A stretch of 64,000 bases of DNA from an uncultured cyanobacterium (GCA_963703315.1 OY969811.1:2720001-2784000); one strand, 5' to 3'; counted from the first letter of the stretch, positions 10,366-19,039 are shown. The notes: generated from the letters alone by a model not told the origin. Program-made: numbers and translations.

Positions 10366-11431
10366 GGCACTGGTCAGTAAATTAGTGATATGAGAAAATA
10401 GAGGCAGAGTAAAGGAAAAAGCTATGGAATGCCCCCACTGCGATAGTCAAAAGATCATCAAAAATGGCAAACATCACCATCAAGACGGCAAAGCCATCCA
10501 AAACTATTTATGCAAAGAATGCGGCAAAAGATTCAGTGAAAGGACAGGAACGCCAATGTCAAGGCTGAGAACACCAGAAAATGTGGTTTCATTAGCACTT
10601 AAGATGAGGAGTGAAGGAATGGGGATTAGAGCCAGTGGAAGAGTTCTAGAAAAATCTCATGTCAGCATCATGAGATGGGAGCAAAAATTGGCAACTCAGT
10701 CACAGCAATGGAGTCCAGATGCCCCAACAGGAGGAGATATAACAGTCGAGGGAGATGAGGTTTACACTCGCGTAGGCGAGAACCTCCCCCCCTCAGAGTC
10801 AAAAGGGTGGACAATCACATTTATTGAGCGTGGGAGTCGCTACTGGATTGAAGCAAAAGCAGGAATGAAAACAACGGACTTATTTAAGCAAGCCATCAAC
10901 ACTGCATGGTCATGGGCAAAAACTAGTCAATACATTCGATGGTTTACCGATGGTGAAAGACGCTACGCTCAACAACTATGGCAAATGGCAAGTGTTTATC
11001 TCAAATCATCGGAAGTCACTCGTGAATATGGACATCGCAAGGTATGGCGCTATGGATTGGAAGTTGCCATGAAAATTAAAGGTTCACAGGGAAAGCGTCG
11101 AGTCGAATGGGTCAAACCTGAGCATCCTTATACTGCCATCAGCGATAAGAGTGACGTTCATGCTAATCATAATGAAGCTAACAACAGTGCTTTGAGAAGA
11201 AGGTGTAGTGCTTTTCGCCGCAGACAAAACCTGTATGCTAAAAATACCGAGGGCTTGCAACGAGCAGTCACGGTACAACGCTTAATTCACAATTGGGTAC
11301 GACCTCATGAGGGTTTGGGCAAGAACAAGACCCCTGCTATGGCAATCGGACTTTTTAATCGTCCCGTTTCTATGCTGGAATTACTATCATTAAGGGGCTT
11401 TCATTACCTCACTAATTAACTGACCAGTGCC
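10366..11431 (+). mobile_element. IS1-family insertion sequence (1066 bp)
   Basis: TIRs ggcactggtcagtaaattagtg / cactaattaactgaccagtgcc flank the transposase; no target-site duplication. Confidence 0.9.
10424..11419 (+). CDS. IS1 family transposase (zinc ribbon, HTH and DDE in one frame)
   Basis: MECPHCDS...KNGK...YLCKECGKRF, EGDEVYT, FTDG, NHNEANNSALRRR, HNWVRPH...TPAMAIGL. Confidence 0.9.
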   Translation: MECPHCDSQKIIKNGKHHHQDGKAIQNYLCKECGKRFSERTGTPMSRLRTPENVVSLALKMRSEGMGIRASGRVLEKSHVSIMRWEQKLATQSQQWSPDAPTGGDITVEGDEVYTRVGENLPPSESKGWTITFIERGSRYWIEAKAGMKTTDLFKQAINTAWSWAKTSQYIRWFTDGERRYAQQLWQMASVYLKSSEVTREYGHRKVWRYGLEVAMKIKGSQGKRRVEWVKPEHPYTAISDKSDVHANHNEANNSALRRRCSAFRRRQNLYAKNTEGLQRAVTVQRLIHNWVRPHEGLGKNKTPAMAIGLFNRPVSMLELLSLRGFHYLTN

Positions 11432-11706
11432 ATCGTTCAATTCGTAAGGATCTAGAACCTCTGATTGAGAAACTAAAATCAGGAGAAGTTCTAGGTGATC
11501 AAATTTCTGGTTTGAATAATCAAGTATTTAAAGTTCGTCTCAAAAATAGCAATATTCAAAAGGGGAAAAGTGCGGGTTATCGGGTTATTTATTATGTGAA
11601 AACTGAAGCCAGTGTGGTTTTGGTAACGATTTATTCTAAGTCCGACACATCAGATATAGAGAATAATGTGATCGAAAAAATTATTAAAGAATTTGTGGAG
11701 GAATAG
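11432..11706 (+). pseudogene. 5'-truncated RelE/HigB-like toxin
   Basis: Frame from the IS end reads RSIRKDLEPLIEKLKSGEVLGDQISGL...KVRLKNSNIQKGKSAGYRVIYY...LVTIYSKSD; N-terminus and antitoxin are absent. Confidence 0.8.
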
Positions 11707-11717
11707 GTATCGTTGAA

Positions 11718-11816
11718 GCGATCGCCTAAAAATCACTCACAGTAATAGCGATCGCCTTTAGAAGATAGATTGTTGATGCGATCGCCTAGAAATCACGACT
11801 CACAGTAATAGCGATC
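11718..11816 (+). repeat. HIP1-bracketed modular repeat A-B-A (copy 1)
   Basis: GCGATCGC-ctaaaaatcactcacagtaata-GCGATCGC-ctttagaagatagattgttgat-GCGATCGC-ctagaaatcacgactcacagtaata-GCGATC. Confidence 0.9.
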
Positions 11817-11871
11817 AAACAATCCGTATTATTTCACTTCGCAAAGCTTTACCTTAACAAACAAAAAAGTT

Positions 11872-12396
11872 ATGAATATTATCCCTCTATTCAATGATAT
11901 AGGTGAAGAAGGCGCTGAGTTTTACTGCCTAGCGTATGCTCCCGTTTGGTATCACCAGACCAAGAAGCCTGCACTTCCATCGGCGTTAGGAATTTACTTT
12001 TGCTCACATAAAGATTTCACGCAATTTAGTCAACACAGCTTCGCAGAGGATGGTCATCGCCTCTCGTATTCGCGAGGCGATGATAAGCGCGATACGCTAG
12101 AGTTTGTATTCTTGTCCGTACTCTTAGAAAGTTCCGTTCACCCTGCCATGTGGAGGTTGTTTCCTCGTGCGAAGATTCCGCACAGTTTTCAGTCAGATAA
12201 GTACGAGCAGGCACGTCGTCAGCTTTGCTGTTTATTGTTTCACTTCCGAAGTCAGGAGATGGTGGCACGACTTACATCTGATTTGCCTAAGCAGCCATTG
12301 ATGACTTGTGACGAGTCCGCCAGACGAGTAGCTTTCGGCGACTTCACAGAAGAGGATAAAGAACTTGAGCAAGCTATCATAGAGGAGAATAATTGA
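11872..12396 (+). CDS. Hypothetical protein (174 aa) between HIP1-bracketed repeats
   Basis: Long ORF with ATG and no internal HIP1; stop abuts the repeat at 12398. Confidence 0.6.
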   Translation: MNIIPLFNDIGEEGAEFYCLAYAPVWYHQTKKPALPSALGIYFCSHKDFTQFSQHSFAEDGHRLSYSRGDDKRDTLEFVFLSVLLESSVHPAMWRLFPRAKIPHSFQSDKYEQARRQLCCLLFHFRSQEMVARLTSDLPKQPLMTCDESARRVAFGDFTEEDKELEQAIIEENN

Positions 12397-12397
12397 T

Positions 12398-12480
12398 GCG
12401 ATCGCCTATAAATCACGGCTCACAGTAATAGCGATCGTCTTCACCAACCCTTTTAACAGATAGAGAATTGAGGCGATCGC
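12398..12480 (+). repeat. HIP1-bracketed repeat (unit A plus degenerate B)
   Basis: GCGATCGC-ctataaatcacggctcacagtaata-GCGATCG...agatagagaattgag-GCGATCGC. Confidence 0.85.
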
Positions 12481-12498
12481 TCAGAAAATTGATATTCG

Positions 12499-13216
12499 CT
12501 AATGAGGATCTTCTCTTGTTTGCAACTTCAACATTTCAGACTGAACATTCATCCCAATAACTAAAGCATCGCTCAGCAGAGAACTATACTGATTAGCTTG
12601 ATTTTGCACTTCTAAAGATTTTAAAGCTATCAAATTTTGCTCAATATTATTGAAAAGATCACGATGGCTACTTAAAAAACGACGATGCTCTCGGAGGATC
12701 TTTTCGGTTGTCAAGCCACAAATGAGGCTATCTCTAGTTAACTCAAGTGCCTGTAGGACATCCTCACGATGATTAAGATTTGCTGATTGATTACCGACAG
12801 ACTTTAAGCGATCGCACAGATCCATCGCTGCAATTACTTGATTATATTTATCGACCTCATCTAACAGATGGGACAAACCAGAACATATTTTTCGCTCTAA
12901 TCCAAGCAACAAGATTCCAACCTGCAAGCAGAATTAATACTAGCAGAAATACAAAAATGGCAAACCCAATCTGCTCTTGACGAGTATTTATGGATTTGCC
13001 AAGAGATTGAAATAGGAGAATGCTAATTGGCAAACTAAAAATCGCAATCAAAAATAAAGCGATCGCCTCACTCACCAAAAAAGGAACTAAGTATTTAGGA
13101 TTATTTAATAGAGAAATTCTATATACGCTGCCTATAAATAAATAGGTGATTTCCCTACCTGTGACCCTTGCTAGATCCTGTTCAGTAATCTGCAAATTCC
13201 TAATATCTGTTTGCAT
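12499..13216 (-). pseudogene. Frameshifted two-TM plus coiled-coil hypothetical protein
   Basis: ORFs 12857-13216 and 12499-12927 join if one base is removed near 12885 (AAT ATG T|TCT GGT TTG TCC CAT gives NMSGLSHLLDEVDKYN). Confidence 0.7.
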
Positions 13217-13237
13217 AATTGTTAGGCAATCTCAGAT

Positions 13238-13954
13238 TTATGTAAAAAACAAGCTTTTAATTGTATTCCATATTGCTAGATAAAAATTGCCTTCACGGGG
13301 ACGAAAAATATCAAATTTAGAACCAAAGGAACCGAAAAATGGTCTCAATGTCCAAGCCATCTGACTACCAACAAAAGCATAGAGTCCCAGCCAGAACTTG
13401 AGTATGGAGATACGAATTTTACGGTTTTTATCAATGGCTGTATCGTCAATAGCTAAGTCTTTATCTGCGATAATAGTTTCAGTTTTTGGTAGTAAAACCT
13501 GATAGAGAAAGTAAACTCCAATAACTCCTGTCAGAGTAAATATGGCAACATTTAACAAAAGGAAAAATGAATAATTGTCGGCTGTAATTAAGAAAAATAG
13601 AGTGACTGGTGCAAAACCAAATAGTAACGTACTAGTAATTGTTACTGCACAAAGCAAAATTGCCGCATACTGGCTAAGTGTAGTTTTTGAGCCGAAATAA
13701 ATATTAAAGAAATAGAGTGCTGGTAAACAAATCGCTAATGTGATTAGAAACAGGAATGGTAGCTTTGCGGCTGAAGAGACGATCTGCATCCAAGAGCTAA
13801 TCGCACCAATTAAACCACCATAAATTGCTAAAAATATAGAGCTACATATTAATAAGCCCACTATTTTGGTGTTAATTTTAACTCCATCATAAATTTCTTT
13901 GATGAACTGATCGCGATCGCTAAGTAAGGCAAGAAGAACCGAGAAAAATGGCAT
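13238..13954 (-). CDS. Multi-pass membrane protein (family often mis-annotated as actin-binding WH2 in cyanobacteria)
   Basis: SAAKLPFLFLITLAICLPALYFFN, FAPVTLFF, YAFVGSQMAWTLRPFFG. Confidence 0.75.
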   Translation of the reverse strand: MPFFSVLLALLSDRDQFIKEIYDGVKINTKIVGLLICSSIFLAIYGGLIGAISSWMQIVSSAAKLPFLFLITLAICLPALYFFNIYFGSKTTLSQYAAILLCAVTITSTLLFGFAPVTLFFLITADNYSFFLLLNVAIFTLTGVIGVYFLYQVLLPKTETIIADKDLAIDDTAIDKNRKIRISILKFWLGLYAFVGSQMAWTLRPFFGSFGSKFDIFRPREGNFYLAIWNTIKSLFFT

Positions 13955-14354
13955 ATGGATTTTAGATAAATTTCAAGATGGGAATGCTGGTAACTCACCT
14001 TACGCGGAACGTTTTAACCTCATAGCATTTCCTAATTAGGGTTTAGGGATTTGCCACTTTCTGGGTTTTATTCCCCCTCTCCTGCAAGGAGAGGATTTAG
14101 GGGAGAGGCTTACAAGGTTATCTGCGTAACATCGGGTAGTAATTTAGTGCAAAAACAGTTTACCTATGGAGTTTTGTAAAATTGTAATAGCAATTTACAT
14201 AATCTTTGCTCCACCGATTTAGACTAAGTAAATAGGCACTGTGTTCCTATATATTTTTTGTGGTGGAACTCATCTAAAGCTATTGACCACATTACAAGGC
14301 GATCGCTATTTGTTAAAAGTAAAGCTGCGATGCCCCCTCAACACCTAAAACATC

Positions 14355-14453
14355 ACGATCGCCTAAAAATCACTCACAGTAATAGCGATCGCCTTTAGAA
14401 GATAGATTGTTGATGCGATCGCCTAGAAATCACGAATCACAGTAATAGCGATC
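14355..14453 (+). repeat. HIP1-bracketed modular repeat A-B-A (copy 2)
   Basis: 14356-14456 matches 11719-11819 with one substitution (gact/gaat). Confidence 0.9.
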
Positions 14454-14649
14454 AAAATACATTTCTCTTCTGAGATTGTAGACCTTGTAGGGTTTGTTAA
14501 TGCAATGTAACGCACCCAAAATTTTATTTTTACACTTATTTAGCTGCTTTATATGACAGTTTATGGAATATTTATCTTTATACAAGTATTTATCCTAATA
14601 ATCTGCAAGATAATACATAGTTAGCAGTTCTCTATTAGAAATCAGAAGG

Positions 14650-15153
14650 ATGGATATGTCTAAAAAATGGAAGGGTCGGGAACAGCCAAATCTTGATCAT
14701 TTGATGTCACTTTTCTCGGATGACACCATTTCTGCATTCATTACTGGGCATCTAGTTATTGAATCTCTTCTTGTACAAATGATCGATCTAAAACTAGAAC
14801 ATCCTGATGAATTTGATACATTTAGTCTTAACTTCCCAGCAAAAACTAATCTGTGTAAGGCATTAGGATTAATTGATTCTGATATGACAAACTTTCTTCT
14901 TGAGATGAACACAATCAGAAATCGTTTTGCTCACAGGCTTGGATACAGCTTTTCCTTTGATGATGCGTTTAGCTTTGCTCAAGCTGCTGCCAAAGGGGGG
15001 ATAGACTTTTCAGATGATTCCATATACATGGATAAGGAGAATTCTGAAGAATGGTATGGCATCAAAGGAATTATTCAGGAAGTTTTTCAAAATACTGCTC
15101 AAGACCTCTCATTCATCATGGAGGAAAATGGTGGTGAATTTCAGTTTGGGTGA
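14650..15153 (+). CDS. Integron-cassette gene, MtlR/HEPN-like protein
   Basis: GHLVIESLL N-terminal helix and RNRFAH (Rx4H) motif; flanked by GTTAGCAGTT (14620-14629) and its reverse complement AACTGCTAAC (15168-15177). Confidence 0.65.
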   Translation: MDMSKKWKGREQPNLDHLMSLFSDDTISAFITGHLVIESLLVQMIDLKLEHPDEFDTFSLNFPAKTNLCKALGLIDSDMTNFLLEMNTIRNRFAHRLGYSFSFDDAFSFAQAAAKGGIDFSDDSIYMDKENSEEWYGIKGIIQEVFQNTAQDLSFIMEENGGEFQFG

Positions 15154-15170
15154 TCGAAATACTACTCAAC

Positions 15171-15246
15171 TGCTAACAATGGTGGTGCAGAAGATTGTTG
15201 GCAAAGTTGTAAAGTTTTTGGCAACCGCTGACCACAAACGTTCAGC
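15171..15246 (+). other. Integron attC recombination site (76 bp)
   Basis: R'' TGCTAAC, 5 nt, L'' TGGT(G)CAG ... L' CTGACCA, 5 nt, R' GTTCAGC; extrahelical G; inner gttggcaaa/tttggcaac stem. Confidence 0.8.
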
Positions 15247-15288
15247 TTCAGCGCACAGCTTTAACGCAAATTAAGTAAACTTTGACGT

Positions 15289-16059
15289 ATGAAACCTCAT
15301 GTATCTTTACTCGACAGAATTGAAATATTAAAGACGCAAAATCCAATTCAGGGAGCTTCGTATTACTGCGTCACATTGCTTGGCACTAAAGAGGGGAAAA
15401 TAAACCGATACTGCCAATCCGAGGTGTGCGGATACACTGATACAAAACCCCGCAGAGAAATTCGAGCAGGATGCTTGGTTGAGCCAACTAAGATGCGTGA
15501 TTTGTTTCAAGTGATTAAAGAACCGTCAGTTCTCGTGAATACATACAGTGACTTGTACGTATTTCTTCTGATTGGCGGTCATGGGATAATTGAGAAAAGT
15601 CTAGGTGAAAAGTACTTCGGTGATTTGTTGGCTGCGGAGGCGACAGTATTCTCCCATACAAAAGGACTTTTGCGGGTTCGTAGTTCGCCAAAAGCAATAA
15701 TTCAACACGCGCCAAGCAAGAAAACCCGAATGATAATCTTGAAACGTGATAATTATCGCTGTAAGGTATGTGGACGTTCACCAGAAAACCACGTTGATAT
15801 TGAATTGCACGTACATCATATACATCCTTGGGGAGAAGGCGGAGTAACTGAAGAAGATAACCTTATTACCCTTTGTAATACCTGTCATGACGGGCTTGAT
15901 CCCCATTTTGAGACAGACTTATTCCCTCTCATTGGTATCCAGCCTTATGTGAATATTATAAAAGCAGACCCTAACTACGTCGTTGGTGTTGTGAATTACC
16001 GTAAAGTATCCGTGAAAGCATATAAAACACTCGCCGAAAAAATGCCGCCACGCTCGTAA
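15289..16059 (+). CDS. HNH endonuclease with N-terminal extension (cassette gene)
   Basis: ILKRDNYRCKVCG...LHVHHIHPW...GG...NLITLCNTCH. Confidence 0.85.
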   Translation: MKPHVSLLDRIEILKTQNPIQGASYYCVTLLGTKEGKINRYCQSEVCGYTDTKPRREIRAGCLVEPTKMRDLFQVIKEPSVLVNTYSDLYVFLLIGGHGIIEKSLGEKYFGDLLAAEATVFSHTKGLLRVRSSPKAIIQHAPSKKTRMIILKRDNYRCKVCGRSPENHVDIELHVHHIHPWGEGGVTEEDNLITLCNTCHDGLDPHFETDLFPLIGIQPYVNIIKADPNYVVGVVNYRKVSVKAYKTLAEKMPPRS

Positions 16060-16192
16060 ACAGTTCGATCGCCGATCTTGTAGTTAATGAAGTGCAACGC
16101 ACCTTATTTTTGTTCGTATTGACACTGACTTGAACACAGTTACAATTTTTTAGCTAGACTACTGAGTAATAACTTTCAATCTAGGCGCAGCC

Positions 16193-16405
16193 ATGCTAGA
16201 CACATCAACACTTGAGCAACGCTTGATAACCCTTGAACAAGTAGTTTTCGATCTTCAAAATAAATTTGAAAGTAAGCCTAGCTCCGACAATTGGCTTGAT
16301 AGACTCATAGGTTCCATCTCTGATGACTCAGCTTTTCTTGAAGCTCTAGAATATGGACGTGCATTTCGGCTGTCTGATAAACCTATTGACGACACTGACA
16401 AATAA
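16193..16405 (+). CDS. Putative antitoxin (70 aa)
   Basis: LEQRLITLEQ...W...GS...FLEALEYGR pattern; directly upstream of a PIN toxin remnant. Confidence 0.6.
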   Translation: MLDTSTLEQRLITLEQVVFDLQNKFESKPSSDNWLDRLIGSISDDSAFLEALEYGRAFRLSDKPIDDTDK

Positions 16406-16407
16406 TC

Positions 16408-16560
16408 GTGAAATAGATGCGAAGTCAAAAAGTTCGTGTGTCTACAATGGACTTGAGAATTGCCGCGATCGCCATTTCTAACAACTTGGTATTACTTACC
16501 CGAAATACTGGAGACTTCAGTAAAGTTCCGAGTTTAGTAACCGAAGATTGGACAGTGTAG
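16408..16560 (+). pseudogene. VapC/PIN toxin with large internal deletion
   Basis: GTG AAA TAG is followed by RSQKVRVSTMDLRIAAIAISNNLVLLTRNTGDFSKVPSLVTEDWTV, the C-terminal third of a PIN domain. Confidence 0.8.
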
Positions 16561-16666
16561 CGCTGAAGGGCTTCCTTACAGTTAGCAAATAGATAGATCA
16601 TTGAGGCGATCGTAAGATATCTCAAAGCTATAATGTGAGGTAGCAAAAGATCTTCAGGTTAGGGGT

Positions 16667-17017
16667 ATGACTACAGTATCAATCTTGCCAATATCTAGTG
16701 TTAGCGGTGAAAAATCCTATCGGGCGATCGCAGGAGATAAGCAGTGGGTTGGTAAAACTGCGGGGCAAGCTCTAGATGGATTAACTGCTCAGTTAGGTGA
16801 AGCTGATTTCAGTGCGCTGATCGTTATCAACAGTTTTCATCCAGATCTATTTTTTAGCGCCGATCAACAAAAACGGTTATCGGAGTTAATGAATTTATGG
16901 CGAGTAGCACGCGATCGGGGAGAAACATTACTACTGGAACAACAAGCAGAGCTAGATAATTTAGTTGATGCTGAACTAAGGGCAGCAACTGCACGAACAA
17001 CCGCCTTAATGCAGTAA
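16667..17017 (+). CDS. Hypothetical protein, likely partner of the downstream HNH gene
   Basis: 116 aa ORF, GKTAGQALD...QQKRLSELM...ELDNLVDAEL; 8 nt before the HNH start. Confidence 0.65.
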   Translation: MTTVSILPISSVSGEKSYRAIAGDKQWVGKTAGQALDGLTAQLGEADFSALIVINSFHPDLFFSADQQKRLSELMNLWRVARDRGETLLLEQQAELDNLVDAELRAATARTTALMQ

Positions 17018-17025
17018 CTAAGTAT

Positions 17026-17241
17026 ATGAATCCCTATTACAGTGCGATCGCAGAACGTGCTAATCATCGTTGTGAATACTGCCATGCCCCAGAATTGGTT
17101 TTTAACTTCCCTTTTGAGGTTGAACATATCATCCCTCTCTCCCAGCAAGGGACAAATGACGAGTCGAATCTAGCTCTTGCCTGTCGATCCTGCAATCTTC
17201 GTAAAGGCACTCGTATTAGCGGCATTGATGCGATCGCCTAA
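17026..17241 (+). pseudogene. HNH endonuclease truncated at a HIP1-bracketed repeat
   Basis: RANHRCEYC...EVEHIIP...NLALACRSCNLRKG, then GID-AIA-stop supplied by the repeat at 17230; this family usually continues well beyond GID (recalled). Confidence 0.7.
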
Positions 17242-17298
17242 AACTCATGCCTTACAGTAATAGCGATCGCCTTGAGGAGATAGATTGTTAATGCGATT
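17230..17298 (+). repeat. HIP1-bracketed repeat A-B
   Basis: GCGATCGC-ctaaaactcatgccttacagtaata-GCGATCGC-cttgaggagatagattgttaat-GCGAT. Confidence 0.85.
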
Positions 17299-17350
17299 AC
17301 CAAAGTAATTAAGCCATAATTGCATTACAAACCTAATTTATCTGGCTCGA

Positions 17351-17881
17351 ATGTATATGAAAAATGAGAAGATCAAAGCAATACAAAATATCTTTAGTTC
17401 TAGACTCGACACGTTGAGCCATCTCTTAACAGTAGCAGAGAGCCATTTCGGAACCGATGTAGAGCCTATATTGCAGCGCCGTATAGCTCCCGATATGTTT
17501 CCCTTCGGTACACAAATTGTATTTACTTGCAATCAGCCCCGCAACTTTGCCTTGTGGTGCTTAGGACAGGCGGCGAATAACTTACCTCCCGACGTAGCAT
17601 CCCTAGATGAGGCGCGTACTCATATTTCATCTACAAAGGAACTGTTAGCAAGTATCAATGTTAGCGATACTATGCTTGCAGAGATCAAGCGGATTGAACT
17701 TGGAGAAGGTCTATACCTCGAACTATCTGGACTCTCATACGTGGATGATTTTCTGATGCCAAACTTTTACTTCCATTTGACCACAGCCTACGACATCCTG
17801 CGTATGGAAGGAGTACCCATAGGTAAGCACGATTTCATGATGCATTTGATACCTTTTGTAAAGCATCAAGGTAATTCATAA
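17351..17881 (+). CDS. DUF1993 family protein
   Basis: RIAPDMFPFGTQI, PNFYFHLTTAYDILRMEGVPIGKHDF. Confidence 0.9.
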   Translation: MYMKNEKIKAIQNIFSSRLDTLSHLLTVAESHFGTDVEPILQRRIAPDMFPFGTQIVFTCNQPRNFALWCLGQAANNLPPDVASLDEARTHISSTKELLASINVSDTMLAEIKRIELGEGLYLELSGLSYVDDFLMPNFYFHLTTAYDILRMEGVPIGKHDFMMHLIPFVKHQGNS

Positions 17882-17894
17882 CATGGAGTAAAAA

Positions 17895-18377
17895 ATGTCA
17901 TTATCTGAACCAATTAGCATTCAGCAGCTTTTCGCCAATGACTTGGCACTTATGGAAGAATTATTAACTGTCTTTGGTGAAGCTTTTGAAGAAGTTGATA
18001 CCTATAGCTCATCTCGTCCAAATGGTGCTTATCTCCAGCGTTTACTAGGTCGCGATTATTTCATTGCACTTGCAGCGTTAAAAAATGGATCGGTGGTTGG
18101 AGGTCTAGCCGCATACGAACTCCAGAAGTTTGAGCAAGAACGGAGTGAAATTTATATTTATGATCTAGCTGTTGCCGCCGCACATCGACGGCAAGGCATT
18201 GCCACGGCATTAATTCAAGAATTAAAGAAGATTGCTGTAGCGCGAGGAGCTTACGTTGTTTTTGTGCAGGCTGACATTGGAGATGACCCTGCGATCGCAC
18301 TTTATACAAAGCTTGGTGTGCGTGAAGATGTGCTTCATTTTGACATTGCTGTTGACGATAATAGCGATCGCCTTTAG
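17895..18377 (+). CDS. AAC(3)-I family aminoglycoside N-acetyltransferase (GNAT)
   Basis: [27 protein letters not shown]...HRRQGIAT...[28 protein letters not shown] closely follows AAC(3)-I; the last codons and stop come from the HIP1 repeat. Confidence 0.9.
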   Translation: MSLSEPISIQQLFANDLALMEELLTVFGEAFEEVDTYSSSRPNGAYLQRLLGRDYFIALAALKNGSVVGGLAAYELQKFEQERSEIYIYDLAVAAAHRRQGIATALIQELKKIAVARGAYVVFVQADIGDDPAIALYTKLGVREDVLHFDIAVDDNSDRL

Positions 18378-18401
18378 GAGATAGATTGTTGAGGCGATCG
18401 C
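18364..18401 (+). repeat. HIP1-bracketed unit B
   Basis: GCGATCGC-ctttaggagatagattgttgag-GCGATCGC. Confidence 0.85.
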
Positions 18402-18513
18402 GCTTGAATTAAAGTAGAATTTGCGGCAAATTTTTCCTCAATCAAATAATTAAACTGCAAGTGCTTTACAACTCCAAGCAATGTGTCTCTACGACCATTA
18501 AAATTCGCCTGTT

Positions 18514-18957
18514 TCAAATCTTCTGCTCACCTCGTTCAAGTTTGTTTTTCTGCAATTGATTTGGTTGTCTAGACCGATTTTTGCCAGCAATACGGAGAAG
18601 ACGAAGAAATTTTGGACATTCAAAATGGTTTGGCGCTTTGCAAACTGCCGCGTGACGAAGCCCATCACGCATTGAGGTCAGTTCCTTTATTTTCTTATCC
18701 AACTCCTCTGCTTTAGCTGAAAGCAGTGCAACATTAATTTCAACACCTTCAGGGGTAAACATTTCCGCGATCTCATCCAGAGAGAAACCAGCATTTCGTC
18801 CCAAAGCAATTAAAGCCAGCCGATCTATAACATCATCACTGAATTGACGACGTAGACCACTTCGACCATTGGACTGAATCAGCCCCTTCTCTTCGTAAAA
18901 GCGTAGCGTTGAGGCAGGCAACCCTGATGCCTTTGCAACTTCAGATATATCCATCAT
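18514..18957 (-). CDS. MerR family transcriptional regulator
   Basis: MDISEVAKASGLPASTLRFYEEKGLI HTH; C-terminal HAAVCKAPNHFECPKF. Confidence 0.9.
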   Translation of the reverse strand: MMDISEVAKASGLPASTLRFYEEKGLIQSNGRSGLRRQFSDDVIDRLALIALGRNAGFSLDEIAEMFTPEGVEINVALLSAKAEELDKKIKELTSMRDGLRHAAVCKAPNHFECPKFLRLLRIAGKNRSRQPNQLQKNKLERGEQKI

Positions 18958-18976
18958 GTCACTTTGCAATTAACAC

Positions 18977-19007
18977 TTGACTTCAAGTTAACTTGAACTT
19001 GTATTGT
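18977..19007 (+). promoter_or_regulatory. MerR-type promoter/operator of the TSUP gene
   Basis: -35 TTGACT, 19-nt spacer, -10 TATTGT; perfect dyad TTCAAGTTAACTTGAA at 18982-18997. Confidence 0.85.
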
Positions 19008-19039
19008 AGCCTCATACAAGATTTTATGAGCTAAAAACT

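Noticed and set aside
11718..11816. CRISPR array (regularly spaced repeats with 22-25 nt spacers)
   Set aside because: The repeat is only the 8-bp HIP1, the spacers recur rather than being unique, and there are no cas genes in the window.
17876..17882. attC after DUF1993 (TCATAAC containing the stop)
   Set aside because: Only an R''-like heptamer; no L boxes or R' follow before the next gene.
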